From Eledone cirrhosa (taxonomy: Eukaryota): a DNA stretch of 64,000 nt. Both the position numbers and the translations under genes were made by a program. A model generated the notes under the pieces. That model saw only the letters and a program-made list of their open reading frames with translations, was not told where the DNA came from and ran no database searches. Positions 29,077-41,613 of the stretch are shown piece after piece (the first letter of the stretch is position 1; each line of letters begins with the position of its first letter). The stretch covers positions 18,724,001-18,788,000 of the forward strand of contig OZ024745.1 in NCBI GenBank assembly GCA_964016885.1, read 5' to 3'.

Positions 29077-29197
29077 GGAGCAACGTGAAATAAAGTGTCT
29101 TGCTCAAAGACATAACGCATCAACCGGTCCAGGAATCGAACTCACAACCTCACGATTGTGAATCCTATTCGCTACCCACTCAGTCACCCGCCTTCAC
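29077..29197 (-). mobile_element. tRNA-derived SINE family 2, 5' part
   Basis: GGAGCAACGTGAAATAAAGTGTCTTGCTCAA shared with ~46358 and, inverted, with ~41055. B-box-like GTTCGATTCC on the minus strand. Confidence 0.8.
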
Positions 29198-29323
29198 TCT
29201 GCATTAATGCTTGTCCTTAATTTGATGTAATTTGAGATAGTTGTGTACATATACTTCTATTTGTATGCATGTAAATAATGTAGTGAACTGGGAGTTTTCC
29301 ACACACACATATATATATATATA

Positions 29324-29765
29324 TAAAATAAAGTTAAATAAAAGTCAAATGATTAAAATTTAGCTTCGTTTATTACTGCTATATATATTTCAGTGACAGC
29401 CATCTTTGGCTGTGACCTTTTCAGGCAGTTTGAATTAGTATGGTATAGACAAGTACATATGTTGTTTAGGTGTATAATATTGTCAATACTCTGATATGCC
29501 CAGTTCCTTGTTGGGTTGTTAATTCACTGAGGAACTGGAGTCATATGACTCCAGTTCCTCAGTGAATTAACAACCCAACAAGGAACTGGGCATATCAGAG
29601 TATTGACAATATTATACACCTAAACAACATATGTACTTGTCTATACCATACTAATTCAAACTGCCTGAAAAGGTCACAGCCAAAGATGGCTGTCACTGAA
29701 ATATATATAGCAGTAATAAACGAAGCTAAATTTTAATCATTTGACTTTTATTTAACTTTATTTTA
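29324..29765. repeat. Perfect 442-bp palindrome (221-bp arms, no loop)
   Basis: Centre GAGTCAT|ATGACTC at 29544/29545. No mismatch seen between the arms. Confidence 0.95.
29660..29714 (+). ncRNA. Hammerhead-like motif with core variant CUGAAAA; mirrored on the minus strand at 29375-29429
   Basis: Stem I ACTGC/GCAGT; stem II GGTCACAGCC/GGCTGTCACT; GAAA; stem III AT-ATAT-AT; triplet ATA. Confidence 0.65.
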
Positions 29766-29883
29766 CACTACTCCGGAGTAACCAAACCAACCTGCGCACT
29801 TCGTCGAGTGCTCCAGCCTGCATACTGAGGTGTTGGTATACAACCAACATAAACTCAAAATTTATATATATATATATATATAT

Positions 29884-30045
29884 AATTAGAAATAGAAGCT
29901 TTCGCCGTATTTTTGACTAAAGAAATGTTAGCGTGATAATGGGGTTTAGAACCCTCAAAGAAATCGAAAAATATGAGTATTGAAGTCAATACTCATGCTA
30001 ACATTTCCTTAGTCAAAAATACGACGAAAGGTTCTATTTCTAATT
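29884..30045. repeat. ~53-bp imperfect inverted repeat insert adjacent to (TA)n
   Basis: AATTAGAAATAGAAGCTTTCGCCGTATTTTTGACTAA ... TTAGTCAAAAATACGACGAAAGGTTCTATTTCTAATT. Confidence 0.88.
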
Positions 30046-30089
30046 TCAATATCGATCGCTGTTTCAAAACATACTTGCCTGTCAATATA

Positions 30090-30420
30090 TAAATATAAGT
30101 ATGTATACGTACATACATAAATGTATACAGGCGTACATTAGTATGTATATACATACATGCACACATATATATATGTACGTATGGGTTTACCGAACATTTA
30201 TTATAATGCTCGGCTGATAATTTCGAGATGTTTGTTTACAAACAAACCGAGCATTATAATAAATGTTTGGTAAACCTATACGTACATATATATATATATG
30301 TGTGTGCATGTATGTATATATATACATACTACTGTACGTCTGTATACATATATGTATGTAAATATACATACTTATATTTAAGTATCAGCCGTATTAAGAG
30401 TGAGAAATGAAATTTCATTT
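30090..30420. mobile_element. Fold-back element, same family as 61960-62835
   Basis: Arms ...GGTTTACCGAACATTTATTATAATGCTCGG / CCGAGCATTATAATAAATGTTTGGTAAACC. The tail GTATCAGCCGTATTAAGAGTGAGAAATGAAATTT matches ~62329-62362 inverted. Confidence 0.8.
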
Positions 30421-30439
30421 TTTCCATATATATATAAAT

Positions 30440-30637
30440 ATAACAAAGGAATTGTGGGACCAGATGGACCATAACGCACCAGAGTACTCAATACTTAGGG
30501 TAGTAGAGTGGGAAATAGGAAAAAGTATGACTCCGACGGCAGAGCTCAAGCCGTTTCGACGGCTATTTCTTGACGCAGTCCAGAAATAGCCGTCGAAACG
30601 GCTTGAGCTCTGCCGTCGGGCTCATACTTTTTCCTAT
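30440..30637. mobile_element. Fold-back insert containing the 3' half of a hammerhead motif
   Basis: 56-bp arms around loop TGACGCAGTCC. GAAACGGC-TTGAGCTCT-GCCGTC gives GAAA, a 5-bp stem III and a GTC triplet. Related copies at 61785-61922 and 63035-63170. Confidence 0.75.
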
Positions 30638-31111
30638 ATATATATATCTATATATATATATGCCATTGATATATATATATAGAGAGAGAGAGAGAGAGTG
30701 GGAGAGAGATAATATATCAATGGCACCTTGTGAAAAACATTGTTTAACTTTTATTAAGGCCGTGGGTTGACAAAAACATTATAGCGTCAGACAAAATTCT
30801 TTGCAGTATCTAGTTGCAGCATTTTATGTTTTGAATGTTGTCGTGTATTGAACTCGTATTGAGTGATATCTAACAAGTGTTGTGTAATTATTGTTTAATT
30901 AATTAACGACAGCCAATCATATCACAATCACGTGTGCTCGTGTTTATTTTTTGGGGGAGGGGGTGTGTGTTTTTTCCTATATATTATGCTTCAGTTAAAC
31001 AGGGATACACAATTCTATCCAACGGGTTCGAAATATAGTCTGACGCTTCCAGGAGTACACAATTATCTCTGTCGCCACAGATTTATATTCAGTGTTATTA
31101 TTATATGCTCG

Positions 31112-31262
31112 CCTTGAGTTCAAATACCGCCGAGGTTAACTTTGCCTTTCATCCTTACGGGGTCGATAAAATAAAGTACCAGTCACGCACTGGGGTCTAT
31201 TTAATCGAATTTCCCCTCCCCAAAATTACTGGCCTTGTGCCTATACTAGAAATCATTATTAT
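31112..31262 (+). mobile_element. SINE family 1, 5'-truncated
   Basis: GAGTTCAAAT..CGCCGAGGTTAACTTTGCCTTTCATCCTTACGGGGTCGATAAAATAAAGTACCAGT core and ATT tail. Confidence 0.85.
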
Positions 31263-31379
31263 ATACTCGTTTCAGTTCAACAGTTCAACAGTTTATTATG
31301 CTTCATTGTGTCGATATAAAAATTTATAATTTACTGTTCCTTGTCCAATTAACTCCGCGCATTGGGAACAAGACACGAT

Positions 31380-31500
31380 ATATTCAAATACTGCTGAGGT
31401 AGCCTTTGCCTTACATTCTTCTGGGGTCGATAAAATAAATACCACTCAAGTACTGGCTGGCTTAACTTTAATCGGCTTACCTCTCCCCCTCAAAATGCCT
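31380..31500 (+). mobile_element. SINE family 1, diverged fragment
   Basis: CTTTGCCTTACATTCTTCTGGGGTCGATAAAATAAATACC. Confidence 0.7.
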
Positions 31501-31882
31501 TATACGCAAATTATAAACCATTTACCTATTATATTGATCCAAAGTTTAATGTCATTATTTGTGTACTATGATAATGTGTCTAGTAGCCTGTGAAACCTTC
31601 CTCTCTTTCTCGGAAAGAAATCGCTAATTGTGTTCAAACTTGGAGAAGCGATAGGCTCCGTCCACCATGTTTTAAACATTGCTGAAGAAACTCCTACTGT
31701 ATCGTCAATACGGTGCCCAACTCCACCAAGAGTTGTGGGGAAGGGCTGAGACTAACAAAGTTTGTGAAACAGAAAAAAACGATGGTTGATAATTAAATAA
31801 TTTTATATGGTAAGCGATGTTTACCTAAGCTTTTTAAGAATAAGCTAACGATGTATATGTTCAATAAGATATACGTTCCTTC

Positions 31883-31884
<2 letters not shown>

Positions 31885-31949
<65 letters not shown>
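31885..31949. repeat. (CA)n microsatellite
   Basis: Direct reading. Confidence 0.97.
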
Positions 31950-31958
<9 letters not shown>

Positions 31959-32368
31959 GTAGTAGTTTCCTTCGCCTTACGCTGTTTGTTGATTGAAGGA
32001 AAGACAGGGACACCACAACGTTATATTCTTTATTTTTCTACAATATTCGTCAAAAGAAATCTAATATGAAAAAGCAAATTTCGTGGTGCTAATTTTCGTC
32101 TCTTGATTTGTATCGACCAGTATGATTGATTGATCTATTTACAGCTAAGTAGATTTGTTAGACTTCGCCTAACCTCCAGCTCAACTGACCATAACATATC
32201 AATAGTAATCTGGTAGCGAAATAACTCGATCAGGTGTTAGTTAAAATTGAGTGTGTATGTGTGTGTTATCTCTCTCTCTCTCTCTCTCTCTCTTCCTCTC
32301 TCTTTCTTTCCCCGTCATTCTCACGCTCTTTCACTCTCTGTCTCGCTTTCTCTATATATAGGTATATG

Positions 32369-32399
<31 letters not shown>

Positions 32400-32416
<17 letters not shown>

Positions 32417-32630
32417 TGTGTGTGCATGTGAATGTTTTCTCCCTTTATCTCTCTCTGTTCGTTTGTGTGTGACACTAGATACATTAGGTCTGTAGATGTA
32501 TATATGTATATATATATATACATCTACAGACCTAATGTATCTAGTGTCACACACAAACGAACAGAGAGAGATAAAGGGAGAGTGAGAGAAAGGGAGAAAA
32601 AATTCACATACACACACACATATATATTTG
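32400..32630. repeat. Inverted repeat centred on a TA tract
   Basis: CTCCCTTTATCTCTCTCTGTTCGTTTGTGTGTGACACTAGATACATTAGGTCTGTAGATG and its exact reverse complement at 32521-32580. Confidence 0.92.
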
Positions 32631-34822
32631 TATATATATATATTTACATATATATATATATAGGAAAACTATATATATATATATAGGAAAATATATATAT
32701 ATATATAGGAAAACTATCGTAATCATTCTCTTTATTCTAAAACACACCATAAAACCTTGACGTACAACATTCCCAATTATACTTATTTGTTGCCGTTGAT
32801 TAGCACCAGCTCAGCTCTGACGCAACAAATCTAGCTTGAAAGAATTCCATCCATGACCATCTCATTTTTTAAGAGGAATATACATAAAACTACGTTGTCA
32901 AATCGTAACATGTATACACAATAAATTTACTGTATAAATTTACTAGAATTAATGAAATGAAGTGAAAGCTCATAGGCTAGTGGTTAGCATATTGCTCTCA
33001 CGATTATAAAATTTGTTCGACTCTCTGTCGCTGCGGTATGATTTGAGGGAAATTTGGCTACTAGTTCTGGCAAGTCAATTGATGTATGTAGTATCATCTC
33101 ATTCGTGGATACGTAAATTTCTATATTTACATTATAAGTAGTTGCTAATGTTTCTATCGATTGAATCGCGGGGAAATATACCCAACTCTTGCCCGAAGAG
33201 TGAAAATATATACTTTCGCTACTCTCCACTGAATAATGAAATATATACTCATATCTTTGTTTGATCTTGGAAGTTTATACTCAACTTCAGGCTGAATCGT
33301 AGAAGTACATACCTAACTCCCAGCTTTAATATTGTGCTATAGGTAAAAGTTTTATCAAGGGAAATATCAGTTTCTGATTCCTTATCATTACCACTTATAT
33401 TTATATGCTGCTATTTCGTTTTATCCCAGTACAGCCTTGACTCAGCAAATCAAGAATGAATGGAGTTCTAGTTTGTTATTTTTTTAGTATACCTAAAGCT
33501 ACTTTATCTAACGTTATCATACACTACATAATATATATAAATATACACATACATATATATATATATCATAAGAAACGGAGAATCAGTGTTGCGACGAATA
33601 AAATGTATTAGACATATTGCAATCGTTTCTCTGGCGACCAGCTCAAGGAACGATCGATGTAATGATCGAACCTGACTCTGAAATCGCAAGGTCGTCAGAG
33701 TTTCCAAATGTCCAGTTACATCCGCGGCCCTCACTCGGCGGCTTAGATCCTGTTGTTGTCATTCTATGAGTTGTCAAGAATTGTACACGTCATCGGTATT
33801 TTTGGCCACTCATGGCCGTCCTATTTTTGGTTCCTTTCATTCGCCACCTGTCAATCAAAGTAGTTTCATAAATCGGAATTACTACTGTAGGAGGTAAGGC
33901 GTTGTATGATTGAACCGCTCGCGCCCTGTGGCCGCCCTCTCAACCCACGTACACACCCGCAATTGTATTATGTGCGACAATCACAGTAGATATTGAATGT
34001 GCAGCGAATAGTTATAAAGATTTTTTTTTTTAAATGGAAAAACATTTAACAGAACGTTTCAGAAAAACACACCCTCAAAATACCTTAAAAAATACACATT
34101 TTTTTTAAAAGAAAAACCCTATAAAAAGAACGTTTTTAAAAGAATGGTTGAAATACCCTTTCAAAAAAGTTAATTCAAAGGTATTTTTGATAAATATACA
34201 CATTTGTACACACACACACACTGTACTCAGGAAAGCGTATATAGTTAAGACGCTGCACATATATACAGATGGGAGATCTACACATACATATGCATACACT
34301 TACACAGACATGTTCATACAAATACATCCACCCAGACATGTATGCATATGTGCGTAGACACACATACATATATGTACCCGCGCATGGTCGTGCTTATACA
34401 TCTAAAAAAAAGCACATACTAGATGAATACCTACACATCCACACAGACACGCAACTGTGCACATGGCGCATAAAATATTATGAGACAACATTCATGAGGC
34501 TTGGATCAAACCCGTTCATGCGGCGATATAATCCTGAAAGTGCATGCACATTATGCATAAATGTAATAGCTACGTAGTAGCCATGCCCTAATCACAGATA
34601 ACATGGGTGGCACCTATACATAAAATAAAATAAAGTAAAATAAAATAAAGTAAAATACTGGAAAAGGAATGTAAACATGACAAAGATGCAGGGGGGGGGG
34701 GTATATGTTCACGACACCCAGTCATTTTCGGGATGTGCATAAAGTTGCATAAAAATACTTGAGGACTGTGGTGCATAGGGTTATATAAGATACAGACGGA
34801 CTGACGATCCAAGGGACTGGTG

Positions 34823-34853
<31 letters not shown>

Positions 34854-35014
34854 ATGTGTGTGTGTGTGGGGGGGTGATAATTGCCACTTCTTTACAGTAG
34901 AGATCCATCTCTTTACCTTTTGCTGGACAGCTATGATCCCAAAAATACCCGCAAAGGCCTTTCAGGGAGGACACCAATATAATCGGCCCCAGACTCTTGA
35001 TTACTGTGAGCTCT

Positions 35015-35040
<26 letters not shown>

Positions 35041-35045
<5 letters not shown>

Positions 35046-35140
35046 GATGTTCCAAAAAATGTATACACACTTCAACAGCATTCTTATAAATATTGCCTGT
35101 ACAGGTAATCAAAGTGTGTATTTTGGGGGAACAGCTTGTA
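35041..35140. mobile_element. ~100-bp Tc1/mariner-like MITE inserted in (TA)n
   Basis: TA-CAGGATGTTCCAAAAAATGTATACACACTT ... AAGTGTGTATTTTGGGGGAACAGCTTG-TA imperfect terminal inverted repeats (TIRs). Confidence 0.6.
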
Positions 35141-35682
35141 TATATATATATACGTACACACACATAATATATATTTATATATATATATATCTATGTATGT
35201 ATGTATGATAACTTTCGAACATACACAAACTTCAAAGCATCAGAAAGAATGAAAAAAGCCTATTGGGGCTGTCATTGCCGAACATCAAGATAAAGCAGTA
35301 CTAACCTTTAGAAAAACTACAAAAAATAACCATATTTCTCTTTATTGACAAGTGAATATCAAACTGAAGACAGTATTGAGATACATAAATTGGTGGAAGA
35401 CTACACAACTGTCAGATATTACTACAGAGTTGCACTGGCCTCGTTTCACTAGATCAATATGGAGGAGTAATAGTAAAACGTATGTAGAGAGAGATTTACA
35501 TATATGTGTTTGTGTATATTGTTTTCTGCGACGTTAACGTTTTCGCCATGTCTCTATCTTTCTGTACACGGTAATACATACATGCAGACACATACACACA
35601 CGCAAAATATATATATATATGTATATATATACACATTTATATATGTGATATATATACATATGTAATTATATGTATATTATAT

Positions 35683-35713
<31 letters not shown>

Positions 35714-35883
35714 AATATATATATATATGAATATAAATATATACATATGTATATATGTGACGTGTGTGAGTAGGCGTGCGTGTATGTATGTATGTGTGTA
35801 TATATACATATATATATGTGTGTGTGTGTGTATGTATGTATATATGTATACGTATGTGTCTGTGAATAAGTGTGCGTGTATGC

Positions 35884-35945
<62 letters not shown>

Positions 35946-37306
35946 ATATATATATATGCAGAATGGTATAATGGTCAGTGAGAAAGTGCAATTTCCTCAG
36001 CTGAATCTGACTGTTCATGTCAAAAGCAGCATACAAATATTTTTCAAAAAAATCGTCTAAAAACAGAGAGGATATTCACAGCAAGTAAACAACACATTAA
36101 GTAAGAAATAAACAAACACTGCACACAATTTGTCATTGCATTAATCTACACACTTAATGCAAGCTGTGTTATAGAAGTATGCGCAATATATTCCGATACA
36201 TAATCTTATTATTCATGTGCCTTTCTCATAGAATATTTATAGATCTCACCGTTACAGCTTTGTTCCATATTCATATAGTGAAACAATTTAAACATAGACA
36301 CGAACATTTACGAGCAATGCCGGGAAACATATAAACTCTAAGCTAGCATAATGTGCTATAAGGTTTCTTCTATTCGAAATCTTAGTGATTTTACTTGAGG
36401 GAAACTGCTAATAATGTCTAAGGAAAAAAATATACATGTCAGCTCATTCTACACTTCATGCGATCATTCGGGCATCTACTGTCACTTATTTTCCATAAAT
36501 CACCATCTTTAACTTACAAATATATTCGGTTTTGTATTATATCAATAAATATGATCACTCTGGAAATTATTGAGTTCTCTATGACTTATTCGCTGCAACC
36601 CACAAGTAGGAAAAAACTCAACGTTAACAATAAAATATTGTACAATTAGATTTATTCAAGGCTTAGATAATGGTCACTGCGTTTCAGCAAATCTTCTATT
36701 CACTAAACTTCATAAAAGAAAAATATGTTTGTGTGTGTGTGTGCGTGTGTATGAATGAGAGTTTATGTGTGTGTGTGTGTGTGTATGTATGTGTGTCTAG
36801 GTGTGTGTGTGTGTGTGCCAGGGTGTCTGTGAGCATGTATGTGTGTATTTGCCTTTATTGTTTGTTTCTGTAACGTAGCAGTTTGGAAAATAGAGGTCGA
36901 TGAATTTAGTACCAGACATGAAAGACATTATTGGAGTCGATATGATCAACTAAAAGCCCAAGAACAGGCATTTCAGTTTCTGGAGAGTAAGAGACGAATA
37001 TAAATGCTCAATAATAGTTTCTGATTTATGTAGGGAAAGGGAAAGTCGATTAAATCGACCCTAGTGAATTACTGGTAGTTTATTTTATCAACTCTGGGAG
37101 AATAAAAGACAAAACTAACCTTTATTGTATAAACCAATGGTTCCCAAACTTTTTCAGGGTACCAACATCTTCGCCCCCAGGCCATTTCATGGGCGCTCCA
37201 TATATATAAGTGAATAGACACGTCTTTCTTGGTGTTAAAAAAGAAATGAGCCAACCGTTAGATCCAAGGAAATTATGTTTCCATTGCTCTTTTTAATGTT
37301 GATACT

Positions 37307-37740
37307 ACGAGTGTTGACTGAAAAGTTCATAAGCTGATCAAGATACTTGCATGGAATGTGACCAAATGAGGTTTATTTTTCAACATAGTCACCCTTGCAG
37401 TCCACACACTTCTTCCATCAGTGTTGTAGTGCTTGGCTCTGGTTGGTGAGAAAGCTTTCAACCTGTTTGTCTACCATTTGTGAAGAAGCTTTCTTCCTCT
37501 TGGCCAAAACGTCATCAAAACCAGATATTAGGTCATCATCTTTGCGATACTAGTTTCTTGCCAAGTATTTTTTCATGTTGGGGAACAGATGATGGTCAGA
37601 TGGGGCCAAATCAGGAGAATAGGAACAGAGACCAGCCAGTTCAAAGCCACAATCAAGCCATTTAAATCAAGAATGTGTATGCTGGAGTGTGTCCTGGTGA
37701 AACAATGCCCCTTTCGTCAGTTTCCATGGGCGTTGCAAAT
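37307..37740 (-). mobile_element. Decayed mariner transposon: one TIR plus transposase C-terminal remnant
   Basis: TACGAGTGTTGACTGAAAAGTTCATAAGCTGA TIR. The minus strand reads WKKCVDCKGDYVEK*, a typical mariner C-terminus. Confidence 0.75.
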
Positions 37741-38317
37741 GTTAGTAGAAGGAAGTGGCATTTGAACATAAAACGTAGAGCGCAAGATCAGATTAAGCAA
37801 AGAATCCGGTCAGGCTTTTAAATAGCCCATCTCCTGCTCCTGGACTGACACTTTATTTATCAACCCTGAACGAGTGGAAGACAACGTTGGCAGTATTTGA
37901 ACTCAGAATTCAGAGAGCTGGAACAAATACTGAGAAATTTGATCTTTCTCTATAAGAACTCTACTAATTCTCTAACTTGATTTACTACAAAGTCAAAGCA
38001 ACTAATTTAACACTGTAAGCACAAGTATGTATTTTACAAAAGTATAAGCTATTAGAAATTCATAATAATGAATAATGAGAGTAGACTGTCGCTATTGCAC
38101 AGCTGTATATGAAGCATTCCAGGATGGCTGCTGTACAATTCACCAATTGAATCACTCATTTCTTCTATAAATATCATAATTTGATTAATTTTATTGTTTC
38201 AAAATAAGATATATCGATGTTATGTATAAAAATATTTAATATCTTAATATTTATTGAGCGTACAAAACGTAAATTCATTCACATATTCTTATATATACGA
38301 AATAATTATATTCTGAA

Positions 38318-38416
<99 letters not shown>

Positions 38417-38417
38417 C

Positions 38418-38480
<63 letters not shown>

Positions 38481-38485
<5 letters not shown>

Positions 38486-38898
38486 TGGAATTTCGTATTT
38501 CTAAAGAAACACGGTATGTTTATAGATAAACATTTAGAAAGCCGTAGCTATGCAGAACACCGGAGCTATCACCCTCTGATGGTGTCCAGCAGAAGCAAGA
38601 GGGACAATCGTCTGTGCATTTCGAACTTAACTAGTCCTTATCAGGACTTGAAAACAGGCGAGAATATCTGGTTTTCTAATCTGTGTAAATGAGGTGCATA
38701 ATCTCATTTGTATATGAAGCTGCATAAGTTGGCTCAACTTATAATAGCATAGAATTTGGATTTAGCGACGATTGTCCCCCTTGTTTCTGCTGGACACCAC
38801 CAGAAGAAGATAGCCCTGGTGTTTTGCACAGCTACGGCTTTCTAAATGTTTATCTATAAACATACCGTATTTCTTTAGAAATACGAAATTCCAATACA
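38481..38898. mobile_element. Fold-back insert, ~132-bp arms (38481-38612 and 38767-38898), between microsatellites
   Basis: TGTATTGGAATTTCGTATTTCTAAAGAAA...GGGACAATCGTC and its imperfect reverse complement. Confidence 0.88.
38605..38650 (-). ncRNA. Degenerate minimal hammerhead motif
   Basis: Minus strand CAAGTC-CTGATAA-GGACT AGTTA AGTTC-GAAA-TGCA-CA-GAC(GA)TTG. Two core substitutions (G8A, U16.1C). Confidence 0.5.
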
Positions 38899-38944
38899 TA
38901 TCTGTATACAGCTATACATGAAGCTAAATCCTAATTCTATATAT

Positions 38945-39040
<96 letters not shown>

Positions 39041-39106
39041 TTCTTAGCCATTTTGAATTCGTTTCTGGCGGGGATCATTTAAGAAAAATCTTTGTCCAAG
39101 TGAGTT

Positions 39107-39190
39107 TGTTTCCTGATGAGTTCGAAGCTCGAGAATTTATCCTTGATAGGATATTTCCGAAAGCGAACGAAACCCTAAAAGGTAGAAACA
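39107..39190 (+). ncRNA. Canonical type I hammerhead ribozyme
   Basis: Stem I TGTTTC/GAAACA; CTGATGA 39113-39119; stem II GTTCG/CGAAC extended by a TATCCT/AGGATA hairpin; GAAA 39169-39172; stem III ACC/GGT; triplet GTA with predicted cut after 39184. Confidence 0.88.
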
Positions 39191-39482
39191 TAATCCTGGT
39201 ATGTGTATATGCATTTTTTCTTCTAACTTTAATTTTATACCTAATTGTGTATGGTTGACGACATATTTAATCGATTTCCACGTGCTATTGAAATGCTGGG
39301 TAAATATTCTATAGCGGTTGATCGCGAATAGATGGCTGTCGTTTATGTATCTATTATTTCTTCATAGGTGCCTTTTAATCTTATAGCCTAGTTTAATTGG
39401 TTTTTTGTGTGGTTGATTATGTTAATTGGGAGAGGAAATGGAGTATATATCTTATCAAATGATTCTATGGACATAATTTATA

Positions 39483-39517
<35 letters not shown>

Positions 39518-39581
39518 GAGAGAGAGAGGGGGGGACATAATGGTAAACAGACAGATATTATTAATATATATAGGTGAAATA

Positions 39582-39768
39582 GGTGAATTGGCAGTATCGG
39601 TAGAGGGTTGGACGCCATGCTTTCTAGCATAGTTGTGTCCCTTTACGGTCTGAGTTCAAATCCCGTAGTAGTTAACTTTGCCTTTCATCCTTACGGGGTC
39701 GATAAAATAAAGTACCAGTAATGTACTGGGTAATTGCTGGCCTTGTGCCAAAAATAGAAACAATTATT
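39582..39768 (+). mobile_element. SINE family 1, full length, with target-site duplication (TSD)
   Basis: A-box TGGCAGTATCGG, B-box GAGTTCAAATCCC, family core. ATTATTAATATATATA on both sides. Confidence 0.9.
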
Positions 39769-40426
39769 AATATATATAAATATATACATGTGCATGTAAG
39801 GTCCCCATTTATAATGATGTATGTATGAACGAATATGGGCATATCTATCTATGTGTGTTTACACAACTTATATTAATTTTACATTGTGAATTACAGACCT
39901 ATAAGGCTGTAATCTTGAAGTAATATTCACCCTCACCTCTCTATTCCATCTCTCTATAGACATCAATTCAAATAGACCGAAGGCAATATCGATTCCATAG
40001 GAAAACTTAATACACCGTATCAATTCCACAAACAACGGTTTTTATTGAAGTATTTGTTAGTTGCATTGTTGTCGTTTTTTTTGTTTTTGTTGGGTTTTTT
40101 TTTTTGCTATTCATTTGTATGTTGACCTTTATTGAAAGATGCAACATGAGATAAGCTGGACATAGGTTGTCAATTATAATTCCTTAGATCTATTTCTCAC
40201 ACCTGACCCTCTTGCTGCGTTTCAGACAGCAAGGTTATCTATGCACGACTTTTAAATAACATTTGTATATACGTCTAACTGTTATCTCTAACAGTAAGTT
40301 GCCAAAATCATCTTTGACCCACATCTGCAGTGCTGACCTGAAAAGCCACCACTTCATACATACATTTTCTTTGCTGTATTCAAAGGTCAAAAACGGGGGT
40401 CATCACTATTATGTTTTTGCTTTTAG

Positions 40427-40532
<106 letters not shown>

Positions 40533-40967
40533 GCTTTGGTTTCTATTTCTCTTTCTCTCTCTCCTTTGGTTTCTATTTCTATCACGTATCTCTCACTGCT
40601 CTATTTAACACACACATACCCTCCACATCTCTCTGACTCTGTCTTCCCAATTTTCTCTCTCTCTTTCTTCTATTTCTTCTATTTCTGCCATTATTCATCA
40701 ATCCTCTCATTCATATTTCTACTCTATTCGTTCTTTGCCTCTTTCTATTCCACCTTCTCTGTACTTCCATTATTCTTTTCACTTCAAAACAATTATACAT
40801 TAAAGTAGCCAAATGTCAGTGTAGACACAGTTCCTACCAGCGACATGTACACATTGAAAGACACGCCATAGTCAACCAACAATACAAATGCAATATGAAA
40901 GATAGATGAAAGTATATAGTTATGACATCACTTACTAGGAATCTTGAGAATATTAGAAGAGTTAAAT

Positions 40968-41110
40968 GTGAAGGCGCATGGCTTAGTGGTTAGACCCACA
41001 CTTCCAAACAAAAGGTTGTGAGTTCAATTCTCCAACCAGGTGATGTGTTGTTTCCTTGAGCAAGACACTTTATTTCACGTTGCTCCAGTTTACTCAGCTG
41101 TAGAAATGAG
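40968..41110 (+). mobile_element. SINE family 2 head
   Basis: TGGCTTAGTGGTTAG A-box, GAGTTCAATTC B-box, CCTTGAGCAAGACACTTTATTTCACGTTGCTCCAG. Confidence 0.85.
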
Positions 41111-41613
41111 ATGATAGGACTGGGGTCCCTATCATTAAGTTACCCAAGACACCTCCAACGAGATATACCTTGGAGGAGGCCAGCTAAACCTGTATAGATG
41201 TGAGTTGTAACATGATAGGACTGGGGTCCCTATCATTAAATTACCCGAGACACCTCCAACGAGATATACCTTGGAGGAGGCCAGCTAAACCTGCATAGAT
41301 GTGAGTTGTAACATGATAGGACTGGGGTCCCTATCATTAAATTACCCGAGACACCTCCAACGAGATATACCTTGGAGGAGGCCAGCTAAACCTGCATAGA
41401 TGTGAGTTGTAACATGATAGGACTGGGGTCCCCATCATTAAATTACCCGAGACACCTCCAACGAGATATACCTTGGAGGAGGCCAGCTAAACCTGCATAG
41501 ATGTGAGCTGTAACATGATAGGACTGGGATCCGTATCATTAAATTACCCAAGACACCTCCAACGAGATATACCTTGGAGGAGGCCAGCTAAACCTGCATA
41601 GGTGTGAGTTGTC
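41111..41613. repeat. 5 x 101-bp minisatellite
   Basis: ATGATAGGACTGGG starts at 41111, 41212, 41313, 41414 and 41515. Confidence 0.97.

Noticed and set aside
29884-30045. Possible hammerhead in this inverted repeat (GACGAAAGGTTCTA-TTTC)
   Set aside because: No convincing CUGAnGA core or matching stem II 5' strand.
41111-41613. CRISPR-like appearance of the regularly spaced hairpin repeats
   Set aside because: Whole units are near-identical with no unique spacers. Eukaryotic context and no cas genes.
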